Counted from the first letter of the stretch, positions 12,420-26,364 are shown. The stretch is 64,000 bases of DNA from Negaprion brevirostris (GCA_030324005.1 JARDVH010000031.1:51996501-52060500); one strand, 5' to 3'. Numbers and translations: made by a program. Notes: generated from the letters alone by a model not told the origin.

Positions 12420-12685
12420 CTGGTAGAAAGAGTTGGCACATCATTATGAAACAGTAATCACAAAATGATAAAACCAGTTCATATTATAAGAAAAATTACT
12501 TTCCCAATACCAAAGCAAGACAACTTAACTTGAGGAAAAAATTATGTATAATTACAATGAGGAAAGATACATTTTTTGTAGTTTGAACAAATGTTTACTT
12601 CAACATATTACCCATAGCTAAAGAAGAAACCAGACAGTAGAGCAATAATTCACTAAGTAATATACAGTATAGATAAATTACCAAC

Positions 12686-12730
12686 CTGATGCTTAAGGAG
12701 GACAGCTTGTTGCCTTCTCAATTCCTTCTC
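12686..12730 (-). CDS. BAZ2B: BAZ2B exon (45 nt): EKELRRQQAVLLKHQ
   Basis: cctttttaag acceptor, CAG|gttggt donor, phase 0-0. Confidence 0.95.
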
Positions 12731-13135
12731 CTTAAAAAGGAATAGAATATATAAATTTTTCAATACAGCATTTATACACAAGAAAGAGACTAATTAGATG
12801 GCGATTACATCTAATAATATGCCAATCAATGGTTTCTGACCGGCATGAAGTGCAAGATTCTGAAATTAGTAAAAAAGGTAAAAGTAACTTTGTTTTGAAT
12901 TACTTGCAAAGAGAAACAACCAAACACAAAACTTTCCATATTAAACAATACAATCAAATGGCACAGCACCATGAACAAGGTCCTATCATATCTAAATTAT
13001 TTCTTCTATTTTGGTTAAGGCCCTTATGTAATACGTGATGATGTTCAATGTATCTGAATATTCTTAATAATTAAATAAGCTCCCTACACAATTGCCCATT
13101 GAAGTTCATTGGTCTAGAGATCCATCTAAACTAAC

Positions 13136-13201
13136 CTGCATCCGTTTCTCGGCTTCCAATAATTTTGCATTTGCTGCTTCTTCCTTCTTTTTCCTCTTAG
13201 C
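13136..13201 (-). CDS. BAZ2B: BAZ2B exon (66 nt): AKRKKKEEAANAKLLEAEKRMQ
   Basis: tgcatgcacag acceptor, CAG|gttagt donor, phase 0-0. Confidence 0.96.
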
Positions 13202-14119
13202 CTGTGCATGCAAAACAGGTCTGGAGGTCACGCAAAAAGCACTACTAAAACTTGAAACAATCTCAAGCTTTTAAGAATTACATGCTATACAACACAGCAA
13301 CGTGCCAATGAGCTACAGTTTCTACAGAACTTCAGCTAGGATTTGTACATCACAAATATTTCCAACAGCTTAAAATTGAACACACAAAAAAATTACAAAT
13401 AACTTTAACGTTTGAAGAGATAAAGAAAAGATTTTAAGGGCTATTCAAGAACTCCCTATGTCAAGTCCAAAATACTTGCAATTGTATACTGTCAGAAATA
13501 TGAGATTTCTTAAAACAATACAGGACAAGGACCACCATCAGAAGAGACTGTGTTCAGCAGAATTGTCAACTTCATTTAAATTCATAACTAAATGTGCCCA
13601 AAGAAAAGCCTTGAGACTATGGAGATAGATGAATATATCGAAAACTGCGTGTAGCAATCAAGCAATTGTTTTTAAAACACCAAACACACTGAACAAACAC
13701 TTGCATGTACACACATTTACATACTCAACTATCTCAGATATTTTCATTAATAATATCTACTATGAGAAGAAAAGAAAATGCCATTCATCCAAGAAAATCT
13801 ACTACTTATGATTCAAAACGACATGCGCAAAAACACACACTTTCAGGTACAGACTGAATGAATGGGAGCTGCTGTTCTGTGCTAAAATCAATGCACTGAA
13901 AAACAGATTAGAGGTTCTGAACGGAGAATAAAAAAGTCAATTTTGTGCAACACTGCTTGTTGATCTTTGAAATTGTAAAAAGAAAACCTATCATTTCACA
14001 ATACTCTTCTATGCAGGTCCACACTTCCAGTCAAATTCTCTTATTCATCCATCATAATCCCAGAACTATTAACTGCACCTATAATTAGAAAAATAAATTA
14101 AAAAATAGTCCCTACCAAT

Positions 14120-14325
14120 CTAAAAGCAATGTTCTGCAGACTTAGGAAATACAAAATAAAAACAAAAAATGCTCAGCAGGTCGAGCAGCAAATGTGAAAA
14201 GACAACAGCTTGTGTTTCAAATCGATTACCTGATGAAAGATCACCAATTTGAAATACTAACTTTGTCACTCTCTTCACAGATGCTTCAAACCTGCTAAAT
14301 ATTTCCAGCACACTGTTTTTGTTGT
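14120..14325. mobile_element. Short non-autonomous repeat with inverted ends (Penelope-terminus-like)
   Basis: aaaaatgctcagcaggtc..gcagca versus acagatgcttcaaacctgct...tttccagca; same family as 17405-17900. Confidence 0.5.
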
Positions 14326-15324
14326 AATCCCTGCCAATCATTTATTTTATGTCAATNNNNNNNNNNNNNNNNNNNNNNNNNNNNNNNNNNNNNNNNNNNN
14401 NNNNNNNNNNNNNNNNNNNNNNNNNNNNNNNNNNNNNNNNNNNNNNNNNNNNNNNNNNNNNNNNNNNNNNNNNNNNNNNNNNNNNNNNNNNNNNNNNNNN
14501 NNNNNNNNNNNNNNNNNNNNNNNNNNNNNNNNNNNNNNNNNNNNNNNNNNNNNNNNNNNNNNNNNNNNNNNNNNNNNNNNNNNNNNCCGAAGCCCCAGAG
14601 TCCCCAAAACAGTTACAAACAAAATTCATGGCCCCCACTCAACAAGCCCCAAACCCATTGCTATTAATCAGGGGTTGCATCAATCTTCAAGATCAAAATG
14701 GGATCACAGCAGGAAAATATTTGCAAAGCTGAACTGATCACCAAATAATGCCAGTAACACATCAAGTCATCTAGCTACAAAGAACTGATTATCTTTTTCA
14801 TTCCATGAAAACAAGTTTAAGACCCAGAATTTGCAGCAACAGCAGTGAACATAACTTAAACCTTAGTTCACCTCAATCCTCCACTGTTGTATTCACACCA
14901 GAATTTTAGAAAAACAATTAGAATACGCCGCAGCAAACATACATAGTAGCCGATTACAACCAACACAGCCAATATCCAATACACATCGAAAACACAGGAA
15001 CACTCCACAGAATGGAGCAATAAATACTTAATGTTTCAATACAAAAAAGAGCTGAATCATTTCTCCGGGGTTTCTCTTTTCATGTTAAAAAAAGGTACAT
15101 ATGGAAGTATTTTTCTTATTTTACAAACAATTTTTATGGCATATCAGGCTGGTGAAAAATGGCACTTCACTTCAAAAAGCCGATCTTGAAAGTAGGTGGC
15201 AATAGCTTTATTTTGAAAGAACACAAAATTCTGGTAAAGTTTGTCTCCTTGCAAGCCTCCATCTAAAAAGTGCATAATATGTCAGACATTTTGTTGGCCA
15301 ACTATATTTTGCAATGGGGTTAGA

Positions 15325-15627
15325 GTCAGAATCCTACAGCCCAGGAGGTCATTCAGCCCATCAAGTCTGCATCGACCACAATTCCACCCAGGCCCTATCC
15401 CCGTAACCCCAAGTCTCTAAGACACTAAGGGGTAATTTAGCATGGCCAATCTACCCAACCCATACATCTTTGGTCTGTGGGAGGAAACCGGAGCACCAGG
15501 AAGAAACCTATGCAGACATGGGGAGAATGTGCAAACTCCACACAGATAGTGACCCAAGCCAGGAATCGAACCCATGTCACTGGCACTGTGAGGCAGCAGT
15601 GCTAATCACTGTGTTACCATGCTGCCC
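15325..15627 (-). mobile_element. HE1-type (V-SINE) tRNA-derived SINE
   Basis: Reverse strand has a tRNA-like head (A/B boxes), the V-domain tttgcacattctccccatgtctgc...ggtgctccggtttcctcccaca and a CR1-like tail. Confidence 0.9.
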
Positions 15628-17404
15628 TGAGTTCTGTTCTCGGTTTCTCTAAACTTACTTTCTAACAAAAGTTTAGGTAAAATTGTTTACACTTCCTTTC
15701 CTGATAAATCAGCCAGATGTGAAAAATTTCTCTTACTCACAGTGAACAATATCAGCAAGTCCTTGCATCTCCCATTACCAGAGTTGTATTTTTAAATAAA
15801 TCAACGTCATTCTTCAACAAGCAATCAAATTTCAAAATAGCTACATTTTAATATAACACTCCTTTAAGATTTTAGGCCCAACAAATGCCCACCAAATATT
15901 TGGTGGGCATTTCATGCAAAATGCAATGAAACATACCAAATGGTTGAATGCTCTTTCTGAGCCCTGCAATGCCTTTCTGAAATACCGTGATTATGACAAT
16001 TGCATGGCATTAATTGAGCAAACCCAGCTATCTTAAGAGAGGGATGCCATAATTTCCTGAAATTTCTGTATCATAATAATGATGTACACCATAGGTGTGT
16101 TAATACTGCGGCCAAACTTTCAGCAAGTCAGGAAGCCCTAAGCTTTGAAGACATTTTTTTATATTAAGCTGCACTAATTAAAACAATACTTTAAAAAAAA
16201 GTCAAAACTGCATATATTAAATAATACTTTAGTTATGTAGGTCACAAATTTCTTTCTGAAATAGCGTGTACCTTAACATAGGTACCATAGGTTCCATGAC
16301 TCCAAATTAGGCACTATGTGCCAGGAAAACCTAACTGTACATATCCATTAAGTATTTTTATTCAATTTGAATAGCACTTTTGAATAATGATGCTGCTGGC
16401 AGCGTTCAAATGAGAAAAGGCCCGAAAGGAACATGTTCACAAAAGGGAAGCAAAATCAATGCAGCTTGTCAAGTTTCTCTTCAAAAAGAAATTAGACAAG
16501 TGATATAACAAATAGCATCACTAGCAATGCCATCACTNNNNNNNNNNCAAAAAAAAAGAGATCCGATGGACTGAACAATTAGGTCTCAATGTCACAAGAG
16601 CAAAGTATTTTATATCACCTAAGCTGCACACTATGCCTTGCATACTTCAATAGCATCACATCTTTCAAAAGCTTTACATCTGTCTGTGGCCTAAGGGTAT
16701 CTCCAAACATCAAAATCTGCTGTACAAAAAACAAATCTGTTGTGATAAACTAGTAGTCCAATTCACTAAACATGACTGAAGTAAAAAGTACCTGGAATGA
16801 TGAATGAGAAACAAGCAAACAGCAGAAATCCAAGAAATTCATATCTCACTTTTCTCCAGATCAACCATCCAGTAATACATATAGTAACAAATATGACCAA
16901 ACCTGCTCAAATAAGTCTTACCATGGTTCCTGACCATTTCTTTACTTAAATAAGAACTTGAAACAAATAAATGTAAAAAAGATTGAAATAAAATCATGAT
17001 AGTTCTAAAACTGGCAATAAAATGTCAGAAATACCTCCAAGAACTTTTACAAAGCTGTCTTTTAACCTGAAACCTGGACCTAAACTCAAAATTCCCCTCC
17101 TGCCTTTTGCGCCATCCATGAAAAAAAAAACTACTCCCCAATTGTAGCCACACTTCTAAAATCCCAACTGTCTAGCCGTCAGTCATCTGTTCACCATGAC
17201 ATTTCTGCAGTTACTAACTTTCCTTCTTTGATACTGTAATTCCCACTAAAATCATAACACTTCCTCAAACTAACCATTCCCCAGGAAGGTGTTTATCTCT
17301 GCTTCTTTAAGTGCAAGGGAATACAGACTTGAAAGATATACAGGATTCTTGCTTTCGCTATTTACTGGCACATCTGGCCAGAACACCTGAACAACTGTCG
17401 ATGA

Positions 17405-17900
17405 AAGCAAATTATTGGGGATGCTGGAATCTGAAACAAAGCAGAAAATGCTGGAAAATCTCAACGGGTCTGACAGCATCTGTGGAGAGAGAATAGAGCT
17501 AACGTTTCGAGTCAGTGTGATCCTTTTGTTACTGGGAGGAAATTGAAGAGATTGATGACATTGAGGAATGATGTGGGTGGATAGGGATTAGGATTTTTTT
17601 CGGATATAGTTCGTGATTGGGATGTTGATTAGTTTCGGATGAAGAAGTTTGTTATGATATTTGGGATCACTCTGTGAGTTGATGCAGCTTGTGTGTGTCT
17701 CGAAGTGGTATCTATTATTTCTGTTATTCCCATCTCACAGGAGATTTTTGCAGCTTTCCTGACACGTTGGAGGAAACAATGATGATCTCTCCAAAGCAGC
17801 AGGAGTACTCTGCCGGAGGGTCATCCAGATGTGAAACAAAGGCTGTATTCTGTCTCCACAGATGTTACTGTGATTCTCCAGTATTTTCTGTTCATTTTCG
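17405..17900. mobile_element. Penelope-terminus-like repeat with inverted ends; another fragment at ~18426-18495
   Basis: gatgctggaatctgaaacaaagcagaaaatgctggaaaatctca...gcatctgtggagagagaatagag at left; decayed reverse complement (tattctgtctccacagatg...ccagtattttctg) at 17817-17900. Confidence 0.55.
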
Positions 17901-18759
17901 GCATTTCATTCTATTTAATATATAACTGTACTTCGCTTCGTATACTTTATTGATTTTAAAATTTATTGACAACACATTGGCTTTTTTGACACCAAGGAAT
18001 GAAATCTGTCACAGAATTCAGTGGGGAATGGAATTAATTCAGACCGAGGAGAATGAACAGCTACCCAGCAGCCTCTGCCATGCATTGACAAGTCATCACC
18101 TCATCATCACACAGAAAGTCCTGGTACATAGTTGGAGTGTGTGATGGTTTTCAAAGTGATGACATAAATGGAACTACCTGTACTTCATGTGAAGTCACTG
18201 AATCTTTAAATTCCGATTCATTATTACACTGTTTTGGGAAATAATGTGACACTTGTAGTTTTCCAGTGAGTTTCACAAATATTTCTGTTGCTACCTTATT
18301 TACTTTTCACCCTGTTGCCTTCACTNNNNNNNNNNNNNNNNNNNNNNNNNNNNNNNNNNNNNNNNNNNNNNNNNNNNNNNNNNNNNNNNNNNNNNNNNNN
18401 NNNNNNNNNNNNNNNNNNNNNNNNNCTGTGGAGAGAGAATAGAGCCAACGTTTCAAGTCTGGATGACCCTTCTCCCTTTGCCAGAGCTCTGTCATGAACA
18501 ACTATTGAGTTCAGTTCTCATCCTCTAAACGTGCTTACTATTCCAGGATAACCCCAGAATACAAAACAAACTGCCAGATTCTTTATTTCCTTTTGCTGCA
18601 AATAGGTTTCCCTATTCTACTGCAAGCAGGTTTTTTATGCCTCTCTCCCCTGCCTTCTTAACTTCTCTGTCATTAAGACTAAGGTAATCCGATCAGCTGC
18701 CTCTGCTTCTTCCCTCCAGTCCCCCTCTCCTTCAAAATTGCCATTATCATCATTTTCCT

Positions 18760-20680
18760 CAAAAACAACCACATCATTCATGCAAGCTACCACCCATCTC
18801 CAAACTTTCTTTTCTCTCCAAAGTCCCTGAAAGTACTGTCACCTCCCAGATCTGTGCCCACCTTCCCAAAAACTGCATGCTTGAATCCAACCAATCAAGT
18901 CTCTGCCACTGTCTCAATACCAAAGTAGCTCTTATCAATGACCTCCTATGTGGCAGTAACCAAAATAACTGATGCCTCTTTGTCCTTCTCGAAGTGTCTA
19001 CAGCCTTTGACACATCTGGCCACATTTCCACTGATGTCCAGCTGGATGGCAGTACAATGGTAACTGTTTGAAGCTGGACAAGGCTGTTTGCAACTCAAAG
19101 ACCTCTGACCACCACAAAAAACTTCCTAGTTCCATCTCAATAACATTACCAAACTTCACCCCTGCCTCAGCTCAGCTGAAACACTCATTCATGCCTCTGT
19201 AACCTCTGGACCTGACTACTCCAACTCAATCCCAGCTGCCCCCTACCATCTACAAGGCACATTAGGAATGTGATGGAATACTCTTCATTTGCCTGGAGCA
19301 CAGCCTCACCACCACTCAGGACACTTAACAGATTGAGGCAAAAACACCCACTTGATCAACAACTCATCCATCATCTTAAAACACTAATTTCCTCCTACAC
19401 TGGTAGACAATGGCAACATTATGCACCATTTGTAACATGTAATATAACCACTCACCAGCAGCACCTTCCAAATCTTTGACCTCTACAAAATGGGAGAACA
19501 AAAGCAGCAGAACACAAGAAACAGAAGCAGTAGGCCACCAGGCCATTCAAGCCTGTCCCACCATTCAATATGATCAAAGCTGATCAATGCTGGTCTCAAC
19601 TCCTTTTCTGTGCCGTTCCCTATAGCCCTCTGTTCATCAATCTATCAAATATTTGTCCACCTCCACTTTAAATACTTCCAATGATCCAGCCTCTACTGCC
19701 CTTTGGGGTAGAGAATTCCAGAGATTCACTACCCTCTGCAAGAAGGAATTTCTACGCATCTCAGTTTTAAAAGACTGTCCCTTTATCTTGTAGCTATATC
19801 TCCTTGTTTGAGACTCTCCCATTAGTGAAAACATCTCACCATCTACCCTGTCAAGACCCCTCAGGATCTTGCATGTTTGAATAAGGTCACCCTTCACTCT
19901 TCTAAACTCCAATATACACAGTCCCAGACTGGGAACACCACCACCTGCAAGTTCCCCTCCGAGTAACACACCATCCCAACCAGGATGCCATTTCTTCACC
20001 GTCACTGAGTTAAAATACTGGAACTCCATCTCCAACAGCACTGCGCCTGTGCCTACATCACATGAACTGCAGCAGTTTCAATAAGTGGCTCATGATCACC
20101 TTCTCAAGAGTGATGGGCAATAAGCGTGGGTCTTGTCAGTGATGCTCACAGTCCATTAATTATATTTTTAAAAAAACCTACCCTCTGTAAACTCAAGATT
20201 ATCCAAACCTCTGCTGCTTGTGTCCTTGTTCCCAAATCCATTCACACATTACCACTGTGGTCACTGTCCTACATTGGTACCCAGTCTAGAAACACCTCAA
20301 TTATAAAATTCTCATCCTGGTTTTCAAGTTCCTTCTTGGCTTCACCTCTGCTTTTATCAGCAATTTTCTTTAGCCCTACAATCCTCTGGGATCTCTACAT
20401 TCAAGTAAATCTTGCCTTGGAATATCTCTGATTTTAACTGCTGTACAACTGGTTGCTGTATCTTCTGTTACCTGGGTTCTAAGCTCTGGAATTTCTTCCC
20501 TAACGCACTTTCACTCTCGACCTTTTTTTCTCCTTTAGGGTACTTCTAAAAATCTACCTTTCTGATTGTGCTTGATCATGTGCCTCATGTGGCTTGGTGT
20601 CAAATTGTTGCTTTACAATGTTCCTGTAACTACAACTTGGGGCATTTTGTGATAAAGGTGCCATATAAATGCAACTTGCT
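18760..20680 (+). mobile_element. L2-type LINE fragment (18760-19250 plus 20180-20680) split by nested LINE insertions
   Basis: L2 RT remnants (gtccttctcgaagtgtctacagcctttgacac; gctgaaacactcattcatgcc...gactactccaac) resume at 20180 (aaactcaagattatccaaacctctgctgc). Confidence 0.65.
19511..19925 (-). mobile_element. CR1-type LINE 3' fragment
   Basis: ORF 19637..20041 contains LEFRRVKGDLIQTCKILRGLDRVD...RVVNLWNSLPQRAVEAGSLEVFK, the CR1 ORF2 C-terminus. Confidence 0.9.
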
Positions 20681-20974
20681 TTCATTCGAACAGGGCACTG
20701 AGAATTTCCCACTACAAGGATCAAATTCTGCAAGACAGAAATATCCTATGGGAGTTTTCAGTCTGTTCAGGTGAAAGTACTGGGCCCAGTACACACCTAA
20801 ACAAACTGTCACATGACAAATAAGCATTCAAAAAAAGCAATTTTAGTCTTTGTAGAGGATTTCCTTCCAATATTCTGGATAACTTTAAATAAATCTTATC
20901 TATGAGTTTGTAATGCTTGAAGCATTTGGATGNNNNNNNNNNGATCCACATAGAATGAACACAGGGCGGGCGGG

Positions 20975-21956
20975 CGGGCGGTGTCTCCCAAAAAAATTCT
21001 AACTGCTGAATTGGCAGGAAAAATGGTGCAAATCACCATTGTTTTTTCAGTGGGAGTTCAGACTCGAATCTCCCACACATTGTGCGTTGCAGAGATCACA
21101 ATCCTGAATATCATTAAAAGCTTGGGGGGAGGGGGGCGGGGCCTATTCACACCAGAGTCTGACAGTTCCGAGCCTCTGCACATGCACAGTGGCCCCGATG
21201 CATCAACCTTCTGTTTGCTGGCCTGCTTGATCGCTGACCAGCCCAGGACCTTGACAATGCTGCTCCTAAACTCTACCGCCGGAGCACCCTGATCTCCAGC
21301 ACAACCCCCTTAGTGATGACGATTCTCCCCCCCACCNNNNNNNNNNNNNNNNNNNNNNNNNNNNNNNNNNNNNNNNNNNNNNNNNNNNNNNNNNNNNNNN
21401 NNNNNNNNNNNNNNNNNNNNNNNNNNNNNNNNNNNNNNNNNNNNNNNNNNNNNNNNNNNNNNNNNNNNNNNNNNNNNNNNNNNNNNNNNNNNNNNNNNNN
21501 NNNNNNNNNNNNNNNNNNNNNCAGTACTGGGGCACAGGCTGGCACTGCCAAGGTGCTCATGCTCAGGGAACACCATCCATCCGCCACTCAACTCACTGCG
21601 AGGCCCCAATTGCCCCCTTCATGCCAGCAGGGTCTCACGCTAGTTCTCCAAATGTGGGGAACTACTCTAAACCCAGCTGGAGTGAAATACTCCTGGCGGG
21701 GTGGGAGATGCTATCAGGCCTGGAGAATTCAGTCCTGGGTCAGATATGAATATGAATTGCATGAAAAATAGATTAGAATCACTTACCTGGTCTTCCCACC
21801 AGTTTCCAGCATGGTCTTGACCGTGCCTGCTCTCTGGTGGTGGGCGACACACATACGTTGGGAATGCATGTGCGAAACCCGCGAAATGGCCGAAATGCGC
21901 ATCTCGCAACCCGATGCTCCAAAAAATTAGCACGTTGCGATGGGAGAATTGGGCCC
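20975..21956. mobile_element. Non-autonomous Harbinger-like DNA transposon (MITE), spans an N gap
   Basis: Left end gggcggtgtctccca, right end tgggagaattgggccc (inverted GGGC..TCTCCCA termini); GC-rich interior with no credible ORF. Confidence 0.65.
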
Positions 21957-22673
21957 ATGTTGTGGGTCCTTAGAAGACTTTACTATTAGAAACAGTAATT
22001 TTTAAAGAACTGTCTCAGCTACAATTACCAAATCTACCATTTGGAAGAAAACAAGAGAAAATATATTTCAAATAATGTATTTTTTTTTAAATTGGGGAAT
22101 GAGAAAATTAAATACTTACATTTTAAGCAACTACAGCAAATCCACAAAACACAAGGCAGAACCAAAGATTGGTTACAACACAGAAGGAGGCCATTTGGCC
22201 AAATGTGCCTGTGCCCACTCTCTGCAAGAGTAATTCACCCAGTGTCACGTGCCCAACTTTCCCCCATGGTCCACAACAAAACTACTTCACAATATGCACT
22301 GCAAACAAGAGGTTTGAGAAGATCTTAGTCATTAAGTAAACCAGTAATTAGCCACAGTCCATATAGAGCCATTGGATCTTTTTGCTTTCGAGAGGGACAA
22401 TTGGTTATATAAAGCTTGAAGGGCACCATTCTGCAAGTGTGGGGCAAGGTGAGGAGACAGGCCTCCATTAGCTACCATTATACTCAGCATGATTTAGTGT
22501 CAAATTAAAATAAAGAGACCCACACAATGTCACCTACATATCTGTTAGATTCTGGAATAGCCCTTACACATGCATTGCAAGACATAAAATCAAAACCCAA
22601 CAATCTGCATATCACATCAAATTACTTATTTTAAGTCTCAACATACACAAAAGAAATCCATGGGAGATTCTAC

Positions 22674-22739
22674 CTCTAGAATTTGCTGAGCTCTCAGTTC
22701 CTTTTCCATTCTTATTTGCTGAATTCTTTTGATTTTTTC
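22674..22739 (-). CDS. BAZ2B: BAZ2B exon (66 nt): EKIKRIQQIRMEKELRAQQILE
   Basis: tttttctacag acceptor, GAG|gtagaa donor, phase 0-0. Confidence 0.96.
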
Positions 22740-25700
22740 CTGTAGAAAAACATTCACNNNNNNNNNNNNNNNNNNNNNNNNNNNNNNNNNNNNNNNNNNN
22801 NNNNNNNNNNNNNNNNNNNNNNNNNNNNNNNNNNNNNNNNNNNNNNNNNNNNNNNNNACCTGAGCATATATACACTCAGTCTCTCTATCAATGGCTATTA
22901 GAGTATATGCGTGTGTTAGGGTACATGGGCATATTGACATAGGAAAGGACAATATATGATACTTATTGGCAATCTATTCAGAATGTTGAGTAATGTACTC
23001 AGAATTGACTGCTCTAATGTTAAAACTAGCCAGATGGAATGGAAGTTCAGCATTTTAAAAAGTGCATAACTATTCTTAAAATTAAACAAACAAAATATTT
23101 TGGTTAAGCAGGTTGAGTATTTATATTGTAAAAATAAATTGACACAACTCTATTTGCTTCTTTCGATACCTGCAGACTACAATCTTTTGCAGATGTTAAT
23201 CAACGTATCATAAAATGCCATTACCAAGAGCTGCACTCACGTAACCATTACTTAGATCCTATCAGAGTTGCTTAATTTTAACATCTAACTTTGCATTTTT
23301 GTGTAAATTAAACATAGTTATGGCACCCACGCAGTATAAAGGTGAAGGGCAAAGTGGAAAGATGACTGTTTCTGTTGATTTCATCAAAAAGAATAATCTA
23401 CCTTATTGTACATTTACTAGTTATAAAATTATTCAATGTTCCAGTAGTAAATTATTTTCAATAAACCAGCAGTATTACTAATATTAATTATCTATCACTT
23501 GTAAGGGAATGGAATAAGCTTTCTCTTTACCAGTCCACAAAGGGGCCTCTTTAAAATGCTGGATACAAACAGAAAATGCCTCTGTAAATTAAGAAGCTGA
23601 CCGATGTTACAACCCCATACAGACTAAAAATTTTGAAAAGAAATTTGAACTTCCAGTGAATGACTCAAAGAATTGAGAGAATATAACAAACAAACAAAAA
23701 GCAACACTGGTTAAACACCATTTCAGTAGGTTACTAAATTGCGGCAAAGAGCCCTCATTTAACTTTTACAATGATGAAAAATTCCCCTGCAATGGTTACA
23801 CTTTACTCTGTCCCTTAAGTGGATATTTCATTCTTGAGGGATAGTCCAAAGCTATGCTCAGTTCCTTTACTCTTTTCCAAACGGACAACTTCTACTCTGA
23901 AAACTGTCGTTCATGGTCAGCGATGAATTGGAGACCCCTCCCTCTAGCCAAAAGTAGGTGAATTATCCAGTTGTGTTTCTTCAATCAGAGTGCAAGCTTA
24001 GTTCTCTTCAATCTGAGTGCAAGCATTGTGCATGGTGAGCAACAAGAGATTTACTGCCCCTACAGACTAACTGTCTGTAGGACGCAGTGATATTTTTAGG
24101 AAACCTGCAACCAGTTCTTACAATGATTTCCTATGGACCTTTCTTCTCTTAAAGCATATTCCTGCAGCAACATGAATCATTTAGTCATTATATCCAGGTA
24201 GAAATGTTAATTAGCTAGTCTCTAAATTCCATTCTATCTTGAAAATAGATAATTTTAAAATAAAGCCATTTTATTTTTAAAAACCTGACATTCTTATTGC
24301 TTCCCTGGGACTTGGAGACGAAGACCTGGATTTTCATCTTAGAAGCAGGGAGCTGGAGTCAGGAAATTTCCTTACATTAATGCTCAGCAAAAAAAAAAAA
24401 ATGTTTTACCTTAGATTGTCACTGTTGGCATAAAGCAGCCTCAAGTTAGGCTAAGCATGTACCAGAGAGTCAGGAAAACTCTATACTCTGCTAACGTAAT
24501 TCCACTCAAACAAAACAAAATAGCTCACAGGATGCACTATTGTGAACTTTACATTTCCTACATTAGATGTTCTTTGCCAGCATGCAATAGGTGACAAACT
24601 ATGGACAGCTTTATGCATGTATTATAAAACTGGTTAAAGCTGGCAGATTAATCTCCTTTAAGACCTTCACTACTGCATACAGACATCAGCACATACTAAA
24701 TTAAAATCAAGTGATTGTACGCGTCAATCCCGGGATGGATGGCACCCAGGGTGAATGTCACTTCTAGATTTAACTGAGTCGGTTGTGGTTGTAGAGGTCA
24801 ATTTATGAACTGCATTCTCTTCTGCAGCTGGCACAGATGAATAGTTGCCCTGGCATCAACTGATGTTTTGTTACTTCTGGCAGGTTCTCTTTTCCACCAT
24901 TTGGTCATATATTCTCTCTCCCCTTTAGCCCTGTCTATCCTGTCTGCTTGTCTCTAGGCACTCTGACAACAGAGTGCCGACTTCCCATGCATTGACTCCA
25001 ATCCACAATTTAATACATGGGGCTCCAATAAAAGAAGATGAAGCAGTTGAAAGTGCTATATATTTCGCCTAAATTTTCAAACTCCTCTTGATTATTTTGA
25101 CAGTTACTGGTGGACAGAGAATCTAAGCTCCGAGGTCATTCTTTACCACAACATGCAATGCTGCACATAAAGATCAGTGATGATAGAAAATAGCAATAAG
25201 CCAAATTATAGAGATAAAGCAGTTATCAAGAGAGAGCAGTATGAAGGAATATGGAAACAAGGCAAAAATAATGTAACAAGAAATTGCTCTTTGGCTTTTA
25301 AGGCTTACAAATAGGTAAAGTTCAAATGCAAAGTGATGGACTCTTGGGCAAGTTTAAAAACCATCATTCAAACATGAACTGCTCTGTTCTACAAAGGATA
25401 GTTCCATAAACCCAAGTGCACATGAACCTCTGAGCTTTGCAATACTTTCAATTATCCACCTCTCTATTCATAACTTTGAACCCATTTCTTAACCATAAAT
25501 ATATTTAGCTACTTTTCACAGCCATTAACATACATACATACACATGAGCACACAGTTAGGAGCAGGACACTTGGCCCTTTGAGCCTGTGTTGTCATTCAA
25601 TAAGGGCACAGTTGATCTGACTGCATGCATCCCATTTACCTCAATAATATTTCGCTCTCTTTTTAATCAAGAATTTATCCATCACTACCTTGAGAACATT

Positions 25701-26302
25701 CAAACACTCTGCTTCCACTAGCTTTTAAGTTGGTCTGAACTGTGCTGGGACCAGAGTCCTGGCGAATCGTATAACTAGGACTGTAGATAGGGCTTTAAAC
25801 TAGAGAGAGAGAGAGAGAGGGTGCGAGGGTAGGTGAAATTACAGTGTCAGGTACGGGAAAAGGTCAAGGNNNNNNNNNNNNNNNNNNNNNNNNNNNNNNN
25901 NNNNNNNNNNNNNNNNNNNNNNNNNNNNNNNNNNNNNNNNNNNNNNNNNNNNNNNNNNNNNNNNNNNNNNNNNNNNNNNNNNNNNNNNNNNNNNNNNNNN
26001 NAATGCCAGTCTGTAATCTAAAAGCAGCTATTCCCGGAAATCACATTTGTGTTTAACAGACAGACCAATACATTGACTGTACATTTCAATCACAATTCAT
26101 AACAGAGGTTGCAATAGTTGCATAAACCCAAAGCTCCTACTTTTTTGGCACACTTAAGTTCATTATAACTGACTTACCATCAAAAGGGTGGAATAAAACT
26201 GTGCTCGGTATGAATGAGTAAACACATAAAATTGTTGCTCAAAGATACAAATATGATAACTTGGTAAACGTTAAAAGCAGCAAATTAAACATATAGTTGT
26301 AC

Positions 26303-26364
26303 CTGTTGTCTCATCATCTTCAGTTGCTCCTTTTGTTTCCGTTTTTCTTCTGCTGCCATTATTG
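26303..26364 (-). CDS. BAZ2B: BAZ2B exon (62 nt): (A)IMAAEEKRKQKEQLKMMRQQ
   Basis: ctttccag acceptor, CAG|gtacaa donor, phase 1-0. Confidence 0.96.

Noticed and set aside
23967-24025. Short tandem duplication (tcttcaatc.gagtgcaagc x2)
   Set aside because: Only two copies, consistent with ordinary local slippage.
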